A stretch of 64,000 bases of DNA from Chrysochromulina tobinii (GCA_001275005.1 JWZX01003398.1:1-64000); one strand, 5' to 3'; shown: positions 1 through 11,788, counted from the first letter of the stretch. Numbers and translations are program-made. The notes: generated from the sequence alone by a model not told the origin.

Positions 1-1490
1 TCGACCATGCACAGAGGTGGGTCGCATCAACGTGCTCATGTTGGGTCTTGCTAAAAAGCTGACCTTGCGAGTCTCACGTGGATCTAACACGTCGAGCAGC
101 TATACAAAGACGCAGCGCTCGTGCTAGACGCGTCTACACGTGTAGCAAGAGCCGCAGGAAAACGGCCTCATCGATCTGCACTTGCATTGCGTCGTCGATC
201 ATGCGATGGGTCGCATCAGCAACGTGCTCATGTTGGGTGCTTGGGTCTTGCTAGGAAGCTGACCTTGCGAGTCTCACGTGGATCTGTGACGCTGAGCAGC
301 TATACACAGACGCAGCACTTGTGCTAGACGCATCTACGCGAGTAGCAACAGCCGCCAAGAAGCGGCCTCATCGATCTGCACTTTGCATTCGTCGTCGACC
401 ATGCACAGATGTGGGTCGCATCAACGTGCTCACGTTGGGTCTTGCTAGGAAGCTGACCTTGCGAGCCTCGGGTGGATCTAACACGTCGAGCAGCTATACA
501 TAGACGCAGCGCTCGTGCTAGACGCATCTACGCGAGTAGCAACAGCCGCAAGAAGCGGCCTCATCGATCTACACTTTGCATTCGTCATGCACAGATGTGG
601 GTCGCAACAACGTGCTCATGTTGGGTCTTGCTAAGTAGCTGACCTTGCGAGCCTCGGGTGGATCTAACACGCCGAGCAGCTAAACATAGACGCAGCGCTC
701 GTGCTAGACGCATCTACGCGAGTAGCAACAGCCGCAAGAAGCGGCCTCATCGATCTACACTTTGCATTCGTCGTCGACCATGCAGATGGGTCGCATCAAC
801 GTGCTCACGTTGGGTCTTGTTAAGAAGCTGACCTTGCGAGTCTCACGTGGATCTGCGACGCCGAGCAGCTATACATAGACACAGCGCTCGTGCTAGACGC
901 ATCTACGCGAGTAGCAGCAGCCGCAAGAAGCGGCCTCATCGATCTACACTTTGCATTCGTCGTCGACCATGCACAGATGTGGGTCGCATCAACGTGCTCA
1001 TGTTGGGTCTTGTTAAGAAGCTGACCTTGCGAGTCTCACGTGGATCTGCGACGCCGAGCAGCTATACATAGACACAGCGCTCGCGCTAGACGCATCTACG
1101 CGAGTAGCAACAGCCGCAAGAAGCGGCCTCATCGATCTACACTTTGCATTCGTCGTCGACCATGCAGATGGATCGCATTAACGTGCTCATGTTGGGTCTT
1201 GTTAAGAAGCTGACCTTGAGAATCTCACGTGGATCTGCGACGCTGAGCAGCTATGCATAGACGCAGCGCTCGTGCTAGACGCATCTACGCGAGTAGCAAC
1301 AGCCGCAAGAAGCGGCCTCATCGATCTACACTTTGCATTCGTCGTCGACCATGCAGATGGGTCGCATCAACGTGCTTACGTTGGGTCTTGCTAGGAAGGT
1401 GACCTTGCGAGTCTCACGTGGATCTGTGACGCTGAGCAGCTATACATATACGCAGCGCTCGTGCTAGACGCATCTACGCGAGTAGCAGCC
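1..1490. repeat. Tandem satellite array, ~190-bp unit, about 8 copies, truncated by the window start
   Basis: Anchor G(T/C)GCTAGACG recurs at 121, 321, 515, 701, 890, 1083, 1272 and 1461 (spacing 186-200). Whole units are similar, with no unique spacers. Confidence 0.95.
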
Positions 1491-1766
1491 ACCCCATACC
1501 ATATGCCCATCTTCGATGCCCTCGCGCTCATCCGCTCACCGCACTTGAGAGGACTACCGCTCAGGGGGACTTCCATGACCTATGGCCGCGCACGGTGGCG
1601 CGGAAGCTGACTACAATGGGGTTTCTGAGGCATTGGGGGGACGTCGTGTTCGTTAACACTATACATCCCAACCGAGCCCAACGAACTGTGAGGCTGAGCG
1701 TCGCCAACTTTAGAAAAGATGAAATGTTTTTATGAGTACATGCTTTCAATAATCTCAGCACCAGTC

Positions 1767-2916
1767 TTACTTTGATTTGCTGCTCGTGCTCTTCTTCGGA
1801 GCCGCAGCGGAGGGGGCACGGCCTCCTCTGGCGGAGGACGAGCCGTTACCCGCCTTACTGCCTCTGGGCGTTCCAACCGCCTTGGCCCTGGGCGTTACAA
1901 CTGCCTTGGCCCTGGGCGTTACAACTGCCTTGGCCCTGGGCGTCCCAAACGCCTTGGCCTGAGGGAGCACTTCCTTAGTGGTCGAGGCAGCCCTCTCCCG
2001 GCGGTTATTGGCACCCTGCCCCCGGATCCCAGCGATAGGTGATGCAGATGATCCACCTGCTGCCAATAACTTAGTCGAGGACCCACTTAGTCGGTTTCGG
2101 CTGTTGATTCGTCGCACGGCCAGTGCCACGATGCCACCGAGCAATTCGCGCACGAATTCGTCGGTGCGTTTGCGCTCTCTGCACCGCTCGATGACGACCG
2201 CCGCATAGGAGGGGCCGAATCGACGTTTCATGAAGTTTCGCCAGCACTTCTGGATAACTGTCGCCCGGTGGGCTTTCCCTATGCGCATGATGACACTCAT
2301 CTTCCGCCTGGTGATGGACTCCGAGAGCCTCGCGCGTAGCCTCTGCTGCAGCAAGCGCGCGGCGGCCTCCACGCGCGCGAAATTCTCGGCGTACTCGAGC
2401 GCCTTGATCTGCGCCCTCTCGTCGAGGAAGAGCTTGCTGCGCGTCGCATTTCGCTCTGATAGGTCGATGGTGTGCAGCTTCATGGCAGCCTGGCTGATGT
2501 TGGCGCGCGAGGCGGCCGCCCTCGGCAACATGCCGAGGGCGGGCAAGGGTCGGGGACCACCCGAGCCGGTGACGGCGCGCGCCTGTCCAGCAGCAGGCGA
2601 TGGCTTCTTGCCAGCACTGCGGCTACCGCTCAGAAAGGGAGTGCTGCTGCGTAAAGTCTGGATTGCGAAGGGGCTTCCGCCGCTGATCGCATTACTGCTG
2701 CTGCCGCTGCTGCCGCCTTGAGCACCGACACCGCTTGCGAAGCTTGTGACGCTGACATCATCGGTCCAGGCACTGGGCGCTGACGTAGTGGTGTGGCGAC
2801 GTGCACTGGCGACGTGCACTGGTGAACGGATAGCGGCGGACGATGACGGCGAGGCAGGCATGAGCGGAGGCACCTTCGGATGCCGCATCGGTGGAGTCTG
2901 CAATCCAAAGGGCGGC

Positions 2917-2955
<39 letters not shown>

Positions 2956-5199
2956 ATTATCGCTGGGCTCCTTACAAGTGGGAGAGGCGGCGGAGGCGGG
3001 GCTTGCAGCACGTGGGCGAGTCCGTGCTGCCGAGCAAGATCATGCAGCTCGCGCTTGTCATGCACCATGTACAGGTCAGGCGTCGTCAGGCCGTGGTCGA
3101 CGAGGTGCTGCGCCATACTTCGAAGGCTCAGGTTCCCTGGGTGGACTGATGCAAAAGGCAGCTGAGGTGCTTTCGTCGAGAGACTTCGAGCCGATGCAAT
3201 GCCGCGCTTAGCTGCGGCGATGCGATAGGCTGTGATCCTGCTCATCGCGCGAGGTCGACGCGCTGCCGCCTCAGCCTCAGCTGCGTCCTCGAGATCGAGA
3301 ATGAGGTCCTCGATCAGCTCCTCGACCGCCCTCATGGTCGCCGCTGCTGCTGCCGCCACTTGACGAGTTTGCCTCTGCGCCTCAAATTCCATCGCCTCAG
3401 CCAGGCGCTCGCCCTCTTTCGCAAGCTCCTCGTCCAGGCGATTGCGCGCGCGGCGGCGCGTCTCACCGTCGATGTAGGCGCGCCACGTGCGGAAGACGAC
3501 GAAGATGAGCGCCTGGGGCGTCCGCGACAAAAGGAGTTGCCAGCGTGCCATGGCCATCTCCCTTAAGGACTGCGCCGCCATTGCCATGTCGCTTTGAGCT
3601 TGTAGGACCCGTCCAGATTGAGTACGCTCCTGCTCCAGATTTGCTCCAGATTTGCTCCAGATTGTACGCTCCTGCTCCAGATTTGCTATGCGTACGGCTG
3701 ACTTTGGGATAGTCGCCCAGAGTCGCCGTTTGATGAAAGAGGGCTCTGTGGCTCCGCCACCGTCAGCCACAGTCGCGCTTTCAGGCGACTTTGGCGGATT
3801 GTTGTTCCGTCTGAAAGAGTCTTCCCCTGCTGAGCCTTGAGCCTTCGCTTGAGTCATCGGCGCGGCCATGGGCGCCTCGCCCTCAACACCCGCATGCTCC
3901 GTCGTCGTCGCGCTCACCGGTGCACCTTCGCTCTCGAGTTCGCTGCCCGCCGCCCCATCCTGCTGCTCCTTGGTGTTCCGTGCTGCTCGAAAGCTCCCTC
4001 GTACCCTGGCCGCCTTGGCTGCCTCGGGCGCCGCTGGAGACGGCGCAGGCTCCTCGGGCACGGCTTCGACTGGTCTGGCCGTCGCCGGTGCGAGCCCCGC
4101 CACCGGCTCGATGGCCACCGGCTCCCTGAGCTCCTCTCCATGCGCGTCGAAGAAGCGGAACGCACACGTCACCTGCCGCCCGAGCGGCCAGTAGAGCGCC
4201 TCCCGAGGCGGCGGCAACATCTGCAGATGGATCGCGGCAGTGATGGGGCCGTACTCCTCCTGCACCTCGACCAGCCGTCGGCGCGCCTGTGAAGCATCTC
4301 GCGGAGGCAATCACAGTTCGGTCAGTCGCTCTCAACGTGACCTCAATAGTGCAATCAAGAGGCACTCAAGCGGCATTATATAGATAGGGCATTCGAGTCC
4401 CATTCTGTATGCGCGCCTTGTCTTGCACACGCTCGCGCTTCTTGGCGAGCTCGATGAATTTGAGCGCCTTGGTGCGAGCCGCCTCAATGCGGGCCATCGC
4501 CTTCTTGGCTGTGGCCAAGCTCTGCGAGAGGCTCTGCTTCTTGGCCGTTGCGCCTGCGGTGACGCCTGGAACAGAGGCTGGGCCTGGGGTCAGAGCGGTC
4601 GGGACGATTATTACTGGGTTGCTCGGTTTCGACGTCGTCGTTGTCGATGGCTGCGCATTCGCGTTGGAAGCCGCATCGCTCGTCTCAGCGCTTGCAAGAA
4701 GAACCTCTGCCGCGCCTTTGCCATCCGTGGCGGCGGCGCCGCGACGGGCGCCGGCGGCGCTGCTCCCATCTCCTGACTCTCGAGACTCGCGAGTAGAGCG
4801 AGACTTGCGAGACTTGGCATCGGCGCCTGGCGCCTTAAACTTCGATATAGCATCTGTGACTGTGGCAGCGGCAGCGGCGGCCCGAGAGACTAGAGCGGCA
4901 GCTTCTGCGGCGGCTGCAGCCAATGCGGAAGCTCTTTTCTCGTCTTCAACAGTGGTGGCTAGCCTATGAACGGCAGTCTGGCGCTTGCGCGAGGCCCGAT
5001 CTACCAAGTCCGCCTGCCCCATCAGTTTTGCCCGTTCAACGAGAGCGTCAAGCAGGGCGAGCTCATACTTGCGAAGCTCAACCTTTGAGAGCTTGGACAT
5101 CTCCTTGTCGGTCAGCGGCATGGCCCTTGGGCCGACCGTCTGATCGAGCTTCGACAACGTCCTGTCGCGCAAGAGCTGAGGCGGTGTGTCCGCAGACAT
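1767..5199 (-). CDS. Hypothetical ~1,100-aa low-complexity/coiled-coil protein with IQ-like motifs; exons 5199-4417 and 4286-1767
   Basis: ORFs 4366..5235 and 1767..4310 join in phase 0 across a GC-AG intron (RVQDK|ARRRLVEVQ). IQ-like LQQRLRARL and IQKCWRNFMKRR, a polyQ tract and C-terminal TPRAKAV repeats. Confidence 0.7.
4287..4416 (-). other. 130-nt GC-AG intron with AGGCGCGC at both junctions
   Basis: AAG|GCGCGCATAC...TTCACAG|GCGCGCCG restores the frame; contains GAGTGCCTCTTGATTGC and GATTGCCTCC. Confidence 0.75.
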
Positions 5200-5248
5200 C
5201 CTTTCCAATTTGGAGGCCGTTTTCGTCGCATGCAATTAATAGGGGCGA

Positions 5249-6392
5249 ATGGCGGGACCACGACGGAGGATCTGCGTGCTGTTCAATACAACACGCTTTT
5301 GGAAAGCTCAACACGGCGTCCTCGATAACATGAAGTGCTCCGATCACCTGCGCTCAGTGCTGCTCGCGGAGCCCGCTCTCACCAAGTACGTGGACGCTCT
5401 TTGCGAGCACGCAGAGGCGCTCATCGCCGGCACCGACGATCGTGAAGCAATGCACGCGCAGCTCAGAAGTTGCGGTGTCAGAGTGATCGGCCACCGTCAC
5501 AGGGCTGCCGCGGTGATGGGCAAGCTCAAGACGGAGTTGCATACACGCAGCGCCGACGCTGTTGTGCCGTCAGCCTCTAGCGTTGCACCCGCGTCCGCCA
5601 TTGAGCATGTCCGGCCTCACAACTCTAGGTCTGATGATCAGCCGCTGTGAGAAGCACACGGGTCCTCTGCCATTTGTCGTGACACCTGGCCTGCGCAAGA
5701 AGCTCAACGACAACAGCGGCATGCACTTGCACATACATGAAGACTATCCAGGCCTCTGCAGGATCAGTGTAACGCCACCCATCTACCTGTGCGAGCATTT
5801 CGCTACCGACGCAGAGTGCGACGCTCTGGTGCGCTGCGCAGACCCTCTGCTGCTGCGCTCGATGACGGATTCAGGCGTCTCCCAGGTGCGCACGTCACGC
5901 TCTACACACCTGTGCAAGGAGACGCCGCCGTGCCCGTCGCTGCTCGCCAAGGTGCAAGCGCTCACACGCAAGCCCATCAGCCACATGGAGGTTCCGCAGG
6001 TGGCTAGGTACGAGTGCGGCCAGTTCTATCGCATGCACTACGACAGCACCGATGCTGAGTCCTCGGGACGCATGTCAGACGAGCCGGGCGGGCCGCGGGC
6101 GTGCACTGTGCTCATCTACTGCAACGATGTGGCCGTGGGCGGCGGCACGCGCTTCAACATGCTCGGGCTCCAGCTGCAGCCACGAAAGGGAACTGCACTT
6201 GTCTTCTTCCCAACGTTTACCGACGGCACCATCGACACCGACACGCTGCACGAGGCGCTGCCGGCTGATGAGACCAAATTCGTGTGCCAGATCTGGGTAC
6301 GGCAGCACGAGCTACCCCACTGGCCCGACGAGCGTAACTCGATGGGTCATCGGCTACTTGCGGCCTTGCAACCCCCACCCCCAGCTCCATGA
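5249..6392 (+). CDS. Prolyl 4-hydroxylase-like 2OG-Fe(II) oxygenase; N-terminal part (5249..5650, SAM-like) is in another frame and the junction is unresolved
   Basis: VRTSRST, QVARYECGQFYRMHYD (HxD), TVLIYCNDVAVGGGTRF, LHEA (distal His) and KFVCQIW match the P4H catalytic domain. Confidence 0.8.
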
Positions 6393-6540
6393 AAACACCT
6401 GAGTACAAACGAGAGAAGAAGCGTCGCCCGTTCCGAGGAAGCCCCTCAGGGGACCATTGGCAAAAGTTAGCCTGCAACCCATCGGAAGTCTAATTAAGGC
6501 AATTAAGGCAAATTGGGATATTGATCACGACACGGCATAA

Positions 6541-7065
6541 ATGAAATCAGTCGTTCTCCTTGCCAATGCTTGTGCATGTGCAGGCCTTCTCTTCAATGCA
6601 CCTTCGCCTACAATTGTGGCGGTGCAGACCTCCTCTTCAACATTATTTCAACGCTCTTGGCGCCAGGCGCAAGCGGTTGAACTTGCCACAGCCACTTTGC
6701 TGGCGCGTGATACTGGCAATACTGGTGCCTTTCCTATTTCCGGACTCATCGACGATATCGACCCGGCCACAACAGCTATGGATGCCAAGGCGGCCGCAAT
6801 GCGAGCTCAGCTGGCTGAGGAGCAACGCATCATGGATGCTCGCGATGAGGTCGCTATTCGTCGGATGGCCGAAGTGCAGGCGGCGAGACAACGTGAGCTT
6901 GAGGCGCAGAAGGCCTCAGGAGTGCCGTTTTGTGCAGAAAATGACCCCACAAAGGTGCTCGGTGATTCGGGCCGAACCGGCGTCTTAACCGCCAAAGCAT
7001 GCCAGCGCATCAGAACAGGGCTGATTGAGACGGGGCCGCGCACGGGTGCTCTGCTGATCTTCTGA
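6541..7065 (+). CDS. Hypothetical secreted or plastid-targeted protein, 174 aa
   Basis: ATG start, hydrophobic signal peptide, Ser/Thr-rich transit-like stretch and a coiled-coil middle. Confidence 0.6.
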   Translation: MKSVVLLANACACAGLLFNAPSPTIVAVQTSSSTLFQRSWRQAQAVELATATLLARDTGNTGAFPISGLIDDIDPATTAMDAKAAAMRAQLAEEQRIMDARDEVAIRRMAEVQAARQRELEAQKASGVPFCAENDPTKVLGDSGRTGVLTAKACQRIRTGLIETGPRTGALLIF

Positions 7066-7408
7066 GAGCGAGAGGATTCTGCGGATCTCGGGTCCTGTAT
7101 ACTCGATCGGAGGGAGTACTCGATCGAGTAGCCACCTTTTTACGCACTGAAACGAATCGAAGGTGAGTCCCTTCCAAGTTTTGAAAACGACACATCCGAC
7201 GTCGCGACCTGCCGTGTGTCAGCGGATAATGGTACACGAACTACACGACTCTACCGTACCGGTCGAACAGTCAACAGACGGAGGATTCCGGAAGCGCCGC
7301 ACTCACGAGTAGGCCGCCGTCGCTAACCTATAACGGACAGACAGAGACACGCCACTTCCTCGAGTCTTCCTCGGCCCCTGAATGTCGCACATCTCCCCAC
7401 TCGGGCGC

Positions 7409-8554
7409 TCATCCTGGCGGCCACGAGAGCTGCCGGCCGCCGAGGATGTGCAGGTGGAGGTGGGAGACGCTTTGGCAAGCTCCTGGCCCACTGTTGGTCA
7501 CGAGCCGAAAGTCGTTGAGACCTTCTTTCTTCGCAATGGCCGCGGCAGTCACCATGAGGTGGCCGAGGATAGCCTCGTGCTCGGCGGTTGCGGCACCAAG
7601 GCCGATGAGCCCATCCCGCTGCTTCGGGATGAGCAGGATGTGAGTAGGAGCCACTGGGTTGATGTCCCGAAAGGCGTAGCACAAATCGTCCTCGTATACC
7701 TTATCGCTCGGGATTCGGCGCGCGAGGATCTCGTCAAAGATGGTGCGCGGGTGCTCGTCGCGCGTGCCAGCGCCACGGATCGAGTCCCAGCGCCCCTTGG
7801 CGTCCCACGGCGCGAGGCCTGCACGGATTTCGGCCGCCACACGCATGGCGGCCTCGTCTTTGGCTGTCATGTGCGCCCACCAGCTGAGCAGCCGCGGGCC
7901 GAGCGCGCCCGCGGCGGCGTCGCGCGGCTCGGCCGTAGACGCAGGTTGATTGATGAGGGTTTCCTCGAACTTGGGCAGCATGTGCGTGATGAAGACCATC
8001 GTCGGGAAGACGGTGGCATCCGCGAGCGAGAACTCGCGCCCAGCGAGGTACGGTCCCTCGGAGTGCGCGAGCGCCTCGAGAACGCCCAGCTGTGTCACGA
8101 GCTCGCGTAGCGCTGCTGGGCGGCTCGTAAAGCGCCCAAATGGCGGGGTTGGCTTGTACAGACAGCCCTGGATGGGGCCGAGGTAGGTATCGTGATGCCT
8201 CGTGATGACCTCTGCAGACGTGCGGGCGGCGAGGTCGGTGGGATAGCAGCTCGGCCCGTTGCCTTCAAAGGCGTGTTTGTCGAGAAGATGCCGGCAGATG
8301 GCATCCGACTCCCACACGGCGCAACCATCGCCGTCGGTCAGCAGCGGCATCTTGGCCTGCGGGTTGAGTGCCATGTAATCGGCAGAGCGCAGGCCACCGA
8401 GCTCCATGGGCGAGACGATTTTGACCTTGTCCTCGAGGCCTCGCTTGTACAAGACCATCCTGACGCGAGCTCCGTGGTTGGAGACGGGCACATCGTAGAG
8501 CGTGGACTGCGCTAGCAACCCGAAATACCCGACGGCTTGGAAGGCCAGCAGCAT
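7409..8554 (-). CDS. Glutathione S-transferase fused to a C-terminal HIT (HINT-type) domain
   Basis: GST motifs LNPQAKMP, WESDAICRHL and YLAGREFSLAD; HINT motifs TIFDEILARRIP, AFRDINPVAPTHILLIPK and HLHLHILGGRQLSWPPG. Confidence 0.9.
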   Translation of the reverse strand: MLLAFQAVGYFGLLAQSTLYDVPVSNHGARVRMVLYKRGLEDKVKIVSPMELGGLRSADYMALNPQAKMPLLTDGDGCAVWESDAICRHLLDKHAFEGNGPSCYPTDLAARTSAEVITRHHDTYLGPIQGCLYKPTPPFGRFTSRPAALRELVTQLGVLEALAHSEGPYLAGREFSLADATVFPTMVFITHMLPKFEETLINQPASTAEPRDAAAGALGPRLLSWWAHMTAKDEAAMRVAAEIRAGLAPWDAKGRWDSIRGAGTRDEHPRTIFDEILARRIPSDKVYEDDLCYAFRDINPVAPTHILLIPKQRDGLIGLGAATAEHEAILGHLMVTAAAIAKKEGLNDFRLVTNSGPGACQSVSHLHLHILGGRQLSWPPG

Positions 8555-9194
8555 ATGGCCGCCCGAAGTCGATCTCCGATGAAATCTCGAACTGTGAAGT
8601 CAAGAACAAGTCAAGACAAGTCAAGATGAGTCTAGACGATCACGCTCCCCTAGCCTTTCGTTTGGGGTCAAGTGTGACCTGTGTGACCACTTCATGGCCG
8701 TCTCGTGACGGCCAACGCCGCGGCGTTCACACATTCATCATCGTCTCCGACGCTGCTCATGCATGCGCTGCTGGCGCTGCTGGCGTGCTTGCCACGTTGC
8801 CAGCGTGGGTCATGCAAGCAATGTAAAAGCGCCTCCCTCGAGCACATTTTCGAGAGCGGCCGTTCCCTTGGCCGTTCCGTTCCTGGTTTGGTTGTCTGTT
8901 GTTACATGTAATGTATAGACTTGACTTGACTAACTCATGGAGCATCCAACAAGGTGGATGGCAGCGGCTGACTCGCCGCTATACAAAATAGCCCCGCGGG
9001 GCTTTGACCATAGACCCACCATCATTGCCCACCATACCTCGAGACTCAAGTCAGCTTATGCCAACGCGTGCGTGTTTCGCGGTATCGGGTATACGTTTCT
9101 GCGCTTGCAGCCACGCCAAGTCGCACATTCGTCAAAGCGATGGCCTCACTGTACACGCGAGAGCATCGATTGTTTGGGGTTGAGTAAAAGCGGC

Positions 9195-9539
9195 TCATTT
9201 GTAGCTTTTCAAGCCCAGACGAGCCATGTCATCCGCCAACCGTTCGGCTTCCGTCTTTTTCGCGACCTGGCCAGTCTCGGCCGCCTTTCGCTTGGCCTCA
9301 GCTGCCTTGAACGCCTCTGTCTCAGGCATAGGCTTCGCGAACTTGATCGCCTTGGCGTTAGCAATGGATTGAGCTTCTGCAACCTTCGGCGCTTTACCTT
9401 CGCCGTAGAGCTCCGCAAACGCTGCACAAGGCACGAACGTCGCCGACGCAAAACCGAAAATAGCGGCCTCGCGGCGCGAAAACGAAGGCGGCGGAGGGAC
9501 GCTGAAGGCGAGCATGGCGACCACAAACGTAGGCACCAT
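9195..9539 (-). CDS. Small (114 aa) probable thylakoid-lumen-targeted protein
   Basis: MVPTFVVAMLA-F signal, SRRE twin-Arg motif, hydrophobic stretch ending AFA, then an Ala/Lys/Glu-rich mature region. Confidence 0.6.
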   Translation of the reverse strand: MVPTFVVAMLAFSVPPPPSFSRREAAIFGFASATFVPCAAFAELYGEGKAPKVAEAQSIANAKAIKFAKPMPETEAFKAAEAKRKAAETGQVAKKTEAERLADDMARLGLKSYK

Positions 9540-9898
9540 TCGCCTCCGCGAGCTCTTCGGAGATGAGCGCTCGTTTTGGGAAAAGGCGCACGGAGTTTTT
9601 TTGCGTTTTACAGTACATGTACATGTACATGACATGTAGCGCGCGCATTTGAACCAAACCGCACATCTACAAGCGAGGTCGCGTGGAGTCGAGGGAGTCG
9701 ACCTTCGTCCAGCGTGTTGAGAGGGCCCAGTGGGGAAAACCTTGGGTATGCTCCCTGGCAAACGTTCACACGGGCTTTCGAAATGTGAAGAAGCGAGAGT
9801 GAAGACTCCGTACGAGAGCGACGCGTGTCTGACCCGGCCTTTTCGTGCAGCTGGGAGCGCGAGCGCGCGGAGAGCACCACAGCGACAGGGCGCTCACA

Positions 9899-11788
9899 AT
9901 GAGCCACAATGGCGAGGCTGCGTCGCCGACCGCTCCTCCCCCTCCTCCCGCTCCTCCCGCTCCGCCTCCGCGCGATGGCGGCCGCGACGAGGGTGAGATT
10001 CCGCTGCCGCGGCGTCATGACGACCGGGACGACGACAACCGCCGGCGTGACGACCGGCGCGACGACCGGCGCGACTACGACCGGCGCCGCGAATACGACC
10101 GACGCGAGGACTACCGGCGGCGGGACGACCACTACTCGCGTGACCGTCGCGATGATCGCGGACGCTACGACGACCGCGAAGACCGCGGACGCTACGATGA
10201 TCGCGATCGGCGCGACCGGCGCGACGACCGGTACGACCGCGACCGACGCGACGCCCGTGCGGACGCCGAGGCGCGCGTTTCGCGTGGTGGGCTGCTATGC
10301 GACGACGACGACGACCGCGGCGGCAATTTGACCCGCTCCAAAGACGACCGGCGGAGTGACCGCGATCGCGATGATGACCATGAGCGCGACCGCGACCGGC
10401 GGCGGAAGCGCAACATGTGGGACGACACGGGTGGCCGTGACCATACAGAGCTCGCGCAGGCGCAGGCGACACACCTGGCGATGACGCAGATGTGGGCGCA
10501 GGCGAATCCGTCGCTCATGATGGCTGGTCCTGTGCAGCCTTCCGGTCGCAAGCAGCGCGAGCTGTACGTGGGCAACCTCGCTGTGGGTATCGTCAACCAG
10601 GACATGCTGAAGGAGTTCTTCTCCTCAATCCTCACCCTGTGCCCGGGCTACTCTCCAACTATGGGTCCGCCGGTGGCGGTGGTGCAGCTGAGCGGTGAGG
10701 GCAAGTTCGCCTTCGTCGAGTTCCGCGACGAGCTCATCGCCGTCACCGCGCTGCAGCTCGACAAGGTGGAATTCGCGGGACGGCCGCTCAACATCGGTCG
10801 TCCAGCCGGCTATATGCCAGCCCCGGGCGTGCCGCTGCCGGCGCCGCTGCCGCTGCCGCCTGGGATCATGCCCGGGATGCCGAGCATGCCCCGCGCCGCG
10901 GCGCCTGACCCGGCCGCCGCCGCCGCCGTCGCCGCGCTCGTCGGAGGCAGCTTGCAAAACCCTCTGGGCGTCGGCATGGGTGGCGTGGTCACCCCCTCTG
11001 CCTCCCTGGCGGCAGCGAATGCGAGCCACCAGGCCAGCCGCAAGCAGCGCGAGCTGTACATTGGCAACCTGCCAACGAATGGAGGCATGCCTATGATCGC
11101 GGCCTCGCAGCTCAAGGAGCTCTTCCGCGCCCCGATGCTCACGATGCCTAATATGGACGAGAGCGCTGGACCCGTCGTCATCAACGTGGACCTGTCGACC
11201 GACGGCAAGTTCGCCTTCGTTGAGTTTCGTGACGAGACGATCTGCACGATCGCGCTCACTCTCTTCGACAAGATGGAGGTGTGTGGCCGTGCCCTCAACG
11301 TTGGCCGTCCGCGCGGCTACGTCGACCCCACCCAGCCGCTCGGAGGCATGTTCGGCGGCGGCCTGCTTGGCACCGCGGCGACTGCGGGGCTCCTGGCGCC
11401 GAGCCAGGCCCTCCCGATGGCGCCCAGCCTGGTGCCGTCGGGGCTCGCGGCGCTTAACACGACGCTCCCGCCGCCGCCGCCCGGGCCGCCCCCCACGCGC
11501 TGCGTCAAGCTCGAAGGCATGCTAACGGCCGAGATGCTCTCGGACGACCAAGAATACACCGAGATTTGCGACGACATCAAGACCGAGTGTGAGACGAACG
11601 GGCCGGTGACCGAGATGAAGGTCGTGCGCACCGGCCCGATGGCGGGAGTCGCCTTCGTTAAGTTCGAGATGCTCGTGGCTGCCGCCAAGGCGCGCGAATC
11701 GCTCGACAAGCGCCAGTTTGATGGCAACACGGTGAAAGCCTCTTTCGTGAGCGAGGAGGTCATGGCGGCTGTGGTCCATGAAGGCTGA
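9899..11788 (+). CDS. U2AF2: Splicing factor U2AF large subunit (U2AF65)-like
   Basis: RD-rich N-terminus, ULM-like RRRKRNMWD, two RRMs (LYVGNL/KFAFVEF and LYIGNL/KFAFVEF) and a C-terminal UHM (EYTEICDDIKTECE...RQFDGNTV). Confidence 0.85.
   Translation: MSHNGEAASPTAPPPPPAPPAPPPRDGGRDEGEIPLPRRHDDRDDDNRRRDDRRDDRRDYDRRREYDRREDYRRRDDHYSRDRRDDRGRYDDREDRGRYDDRDRRDRRDDRYDRDRRDARADAEARVSRGGLLCDDDDDRGGNLTRSKDDRRSDRDRDDDHERDRDRRRKRNMWDDTGGRDHTELAQAQATHLAMTQMWAQANPSLMMAGPVQPSGRKQRELYVGNLAVGIVNQDMLKEFFSSILTLCPGYSPTMGPPVAVVQLSGEGKFAFVEFRDELIAVTALQLDKVEFAGRPLNIGRPAGYMPAPGVPLPAPLPLPPGIMPGMPSMPRAAAPDPAAAAAVAALVGGSLQNPLGVGMGGVVTPSASLAAANASHQASRKQRELYIGNLPTNGGMPMIAASQLKELFRAPMLTMPNMDESAGPVVINVDLSTDGKFAFVEFRDETICTIALTLFDKMEVCGRALNVGRPRGYVDPTQPLGGMFGGGLLGTAATAGLLAPSQALPMAPSLVPSGLAALNTTLPPPPPGPPPTRCVKLEGMLTAEMLSDDQEYTEICDDIKTECETNGPVTEMKVVRTGPMAGVAFVKFEMLVAAAKARESLDKRQFDGNTVKASFVSEEVMAAVVHEG

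Noticed and set aside
1..1490. CRISPR array or coding repeats (short ORFs in the track)
   Set aside because: Entire units repeat with no unique spacers, there are no cas genes, the context is eukaryotic, and ORFs break at different points in each unit.
5629..5716. Intron joining the SAM-like ORF to the P4H domain
   Set aside because: Frame-compatible GT...AG exists, but the 3' part looks coding and lacks a pyrimidine tract; unresolved.
8937..9566. 209-aa plus-strand ORF after an ACTTG tract
   Set aside because: Overlaps the better-supported minus-strand targeted protein and looks non-protein-like.
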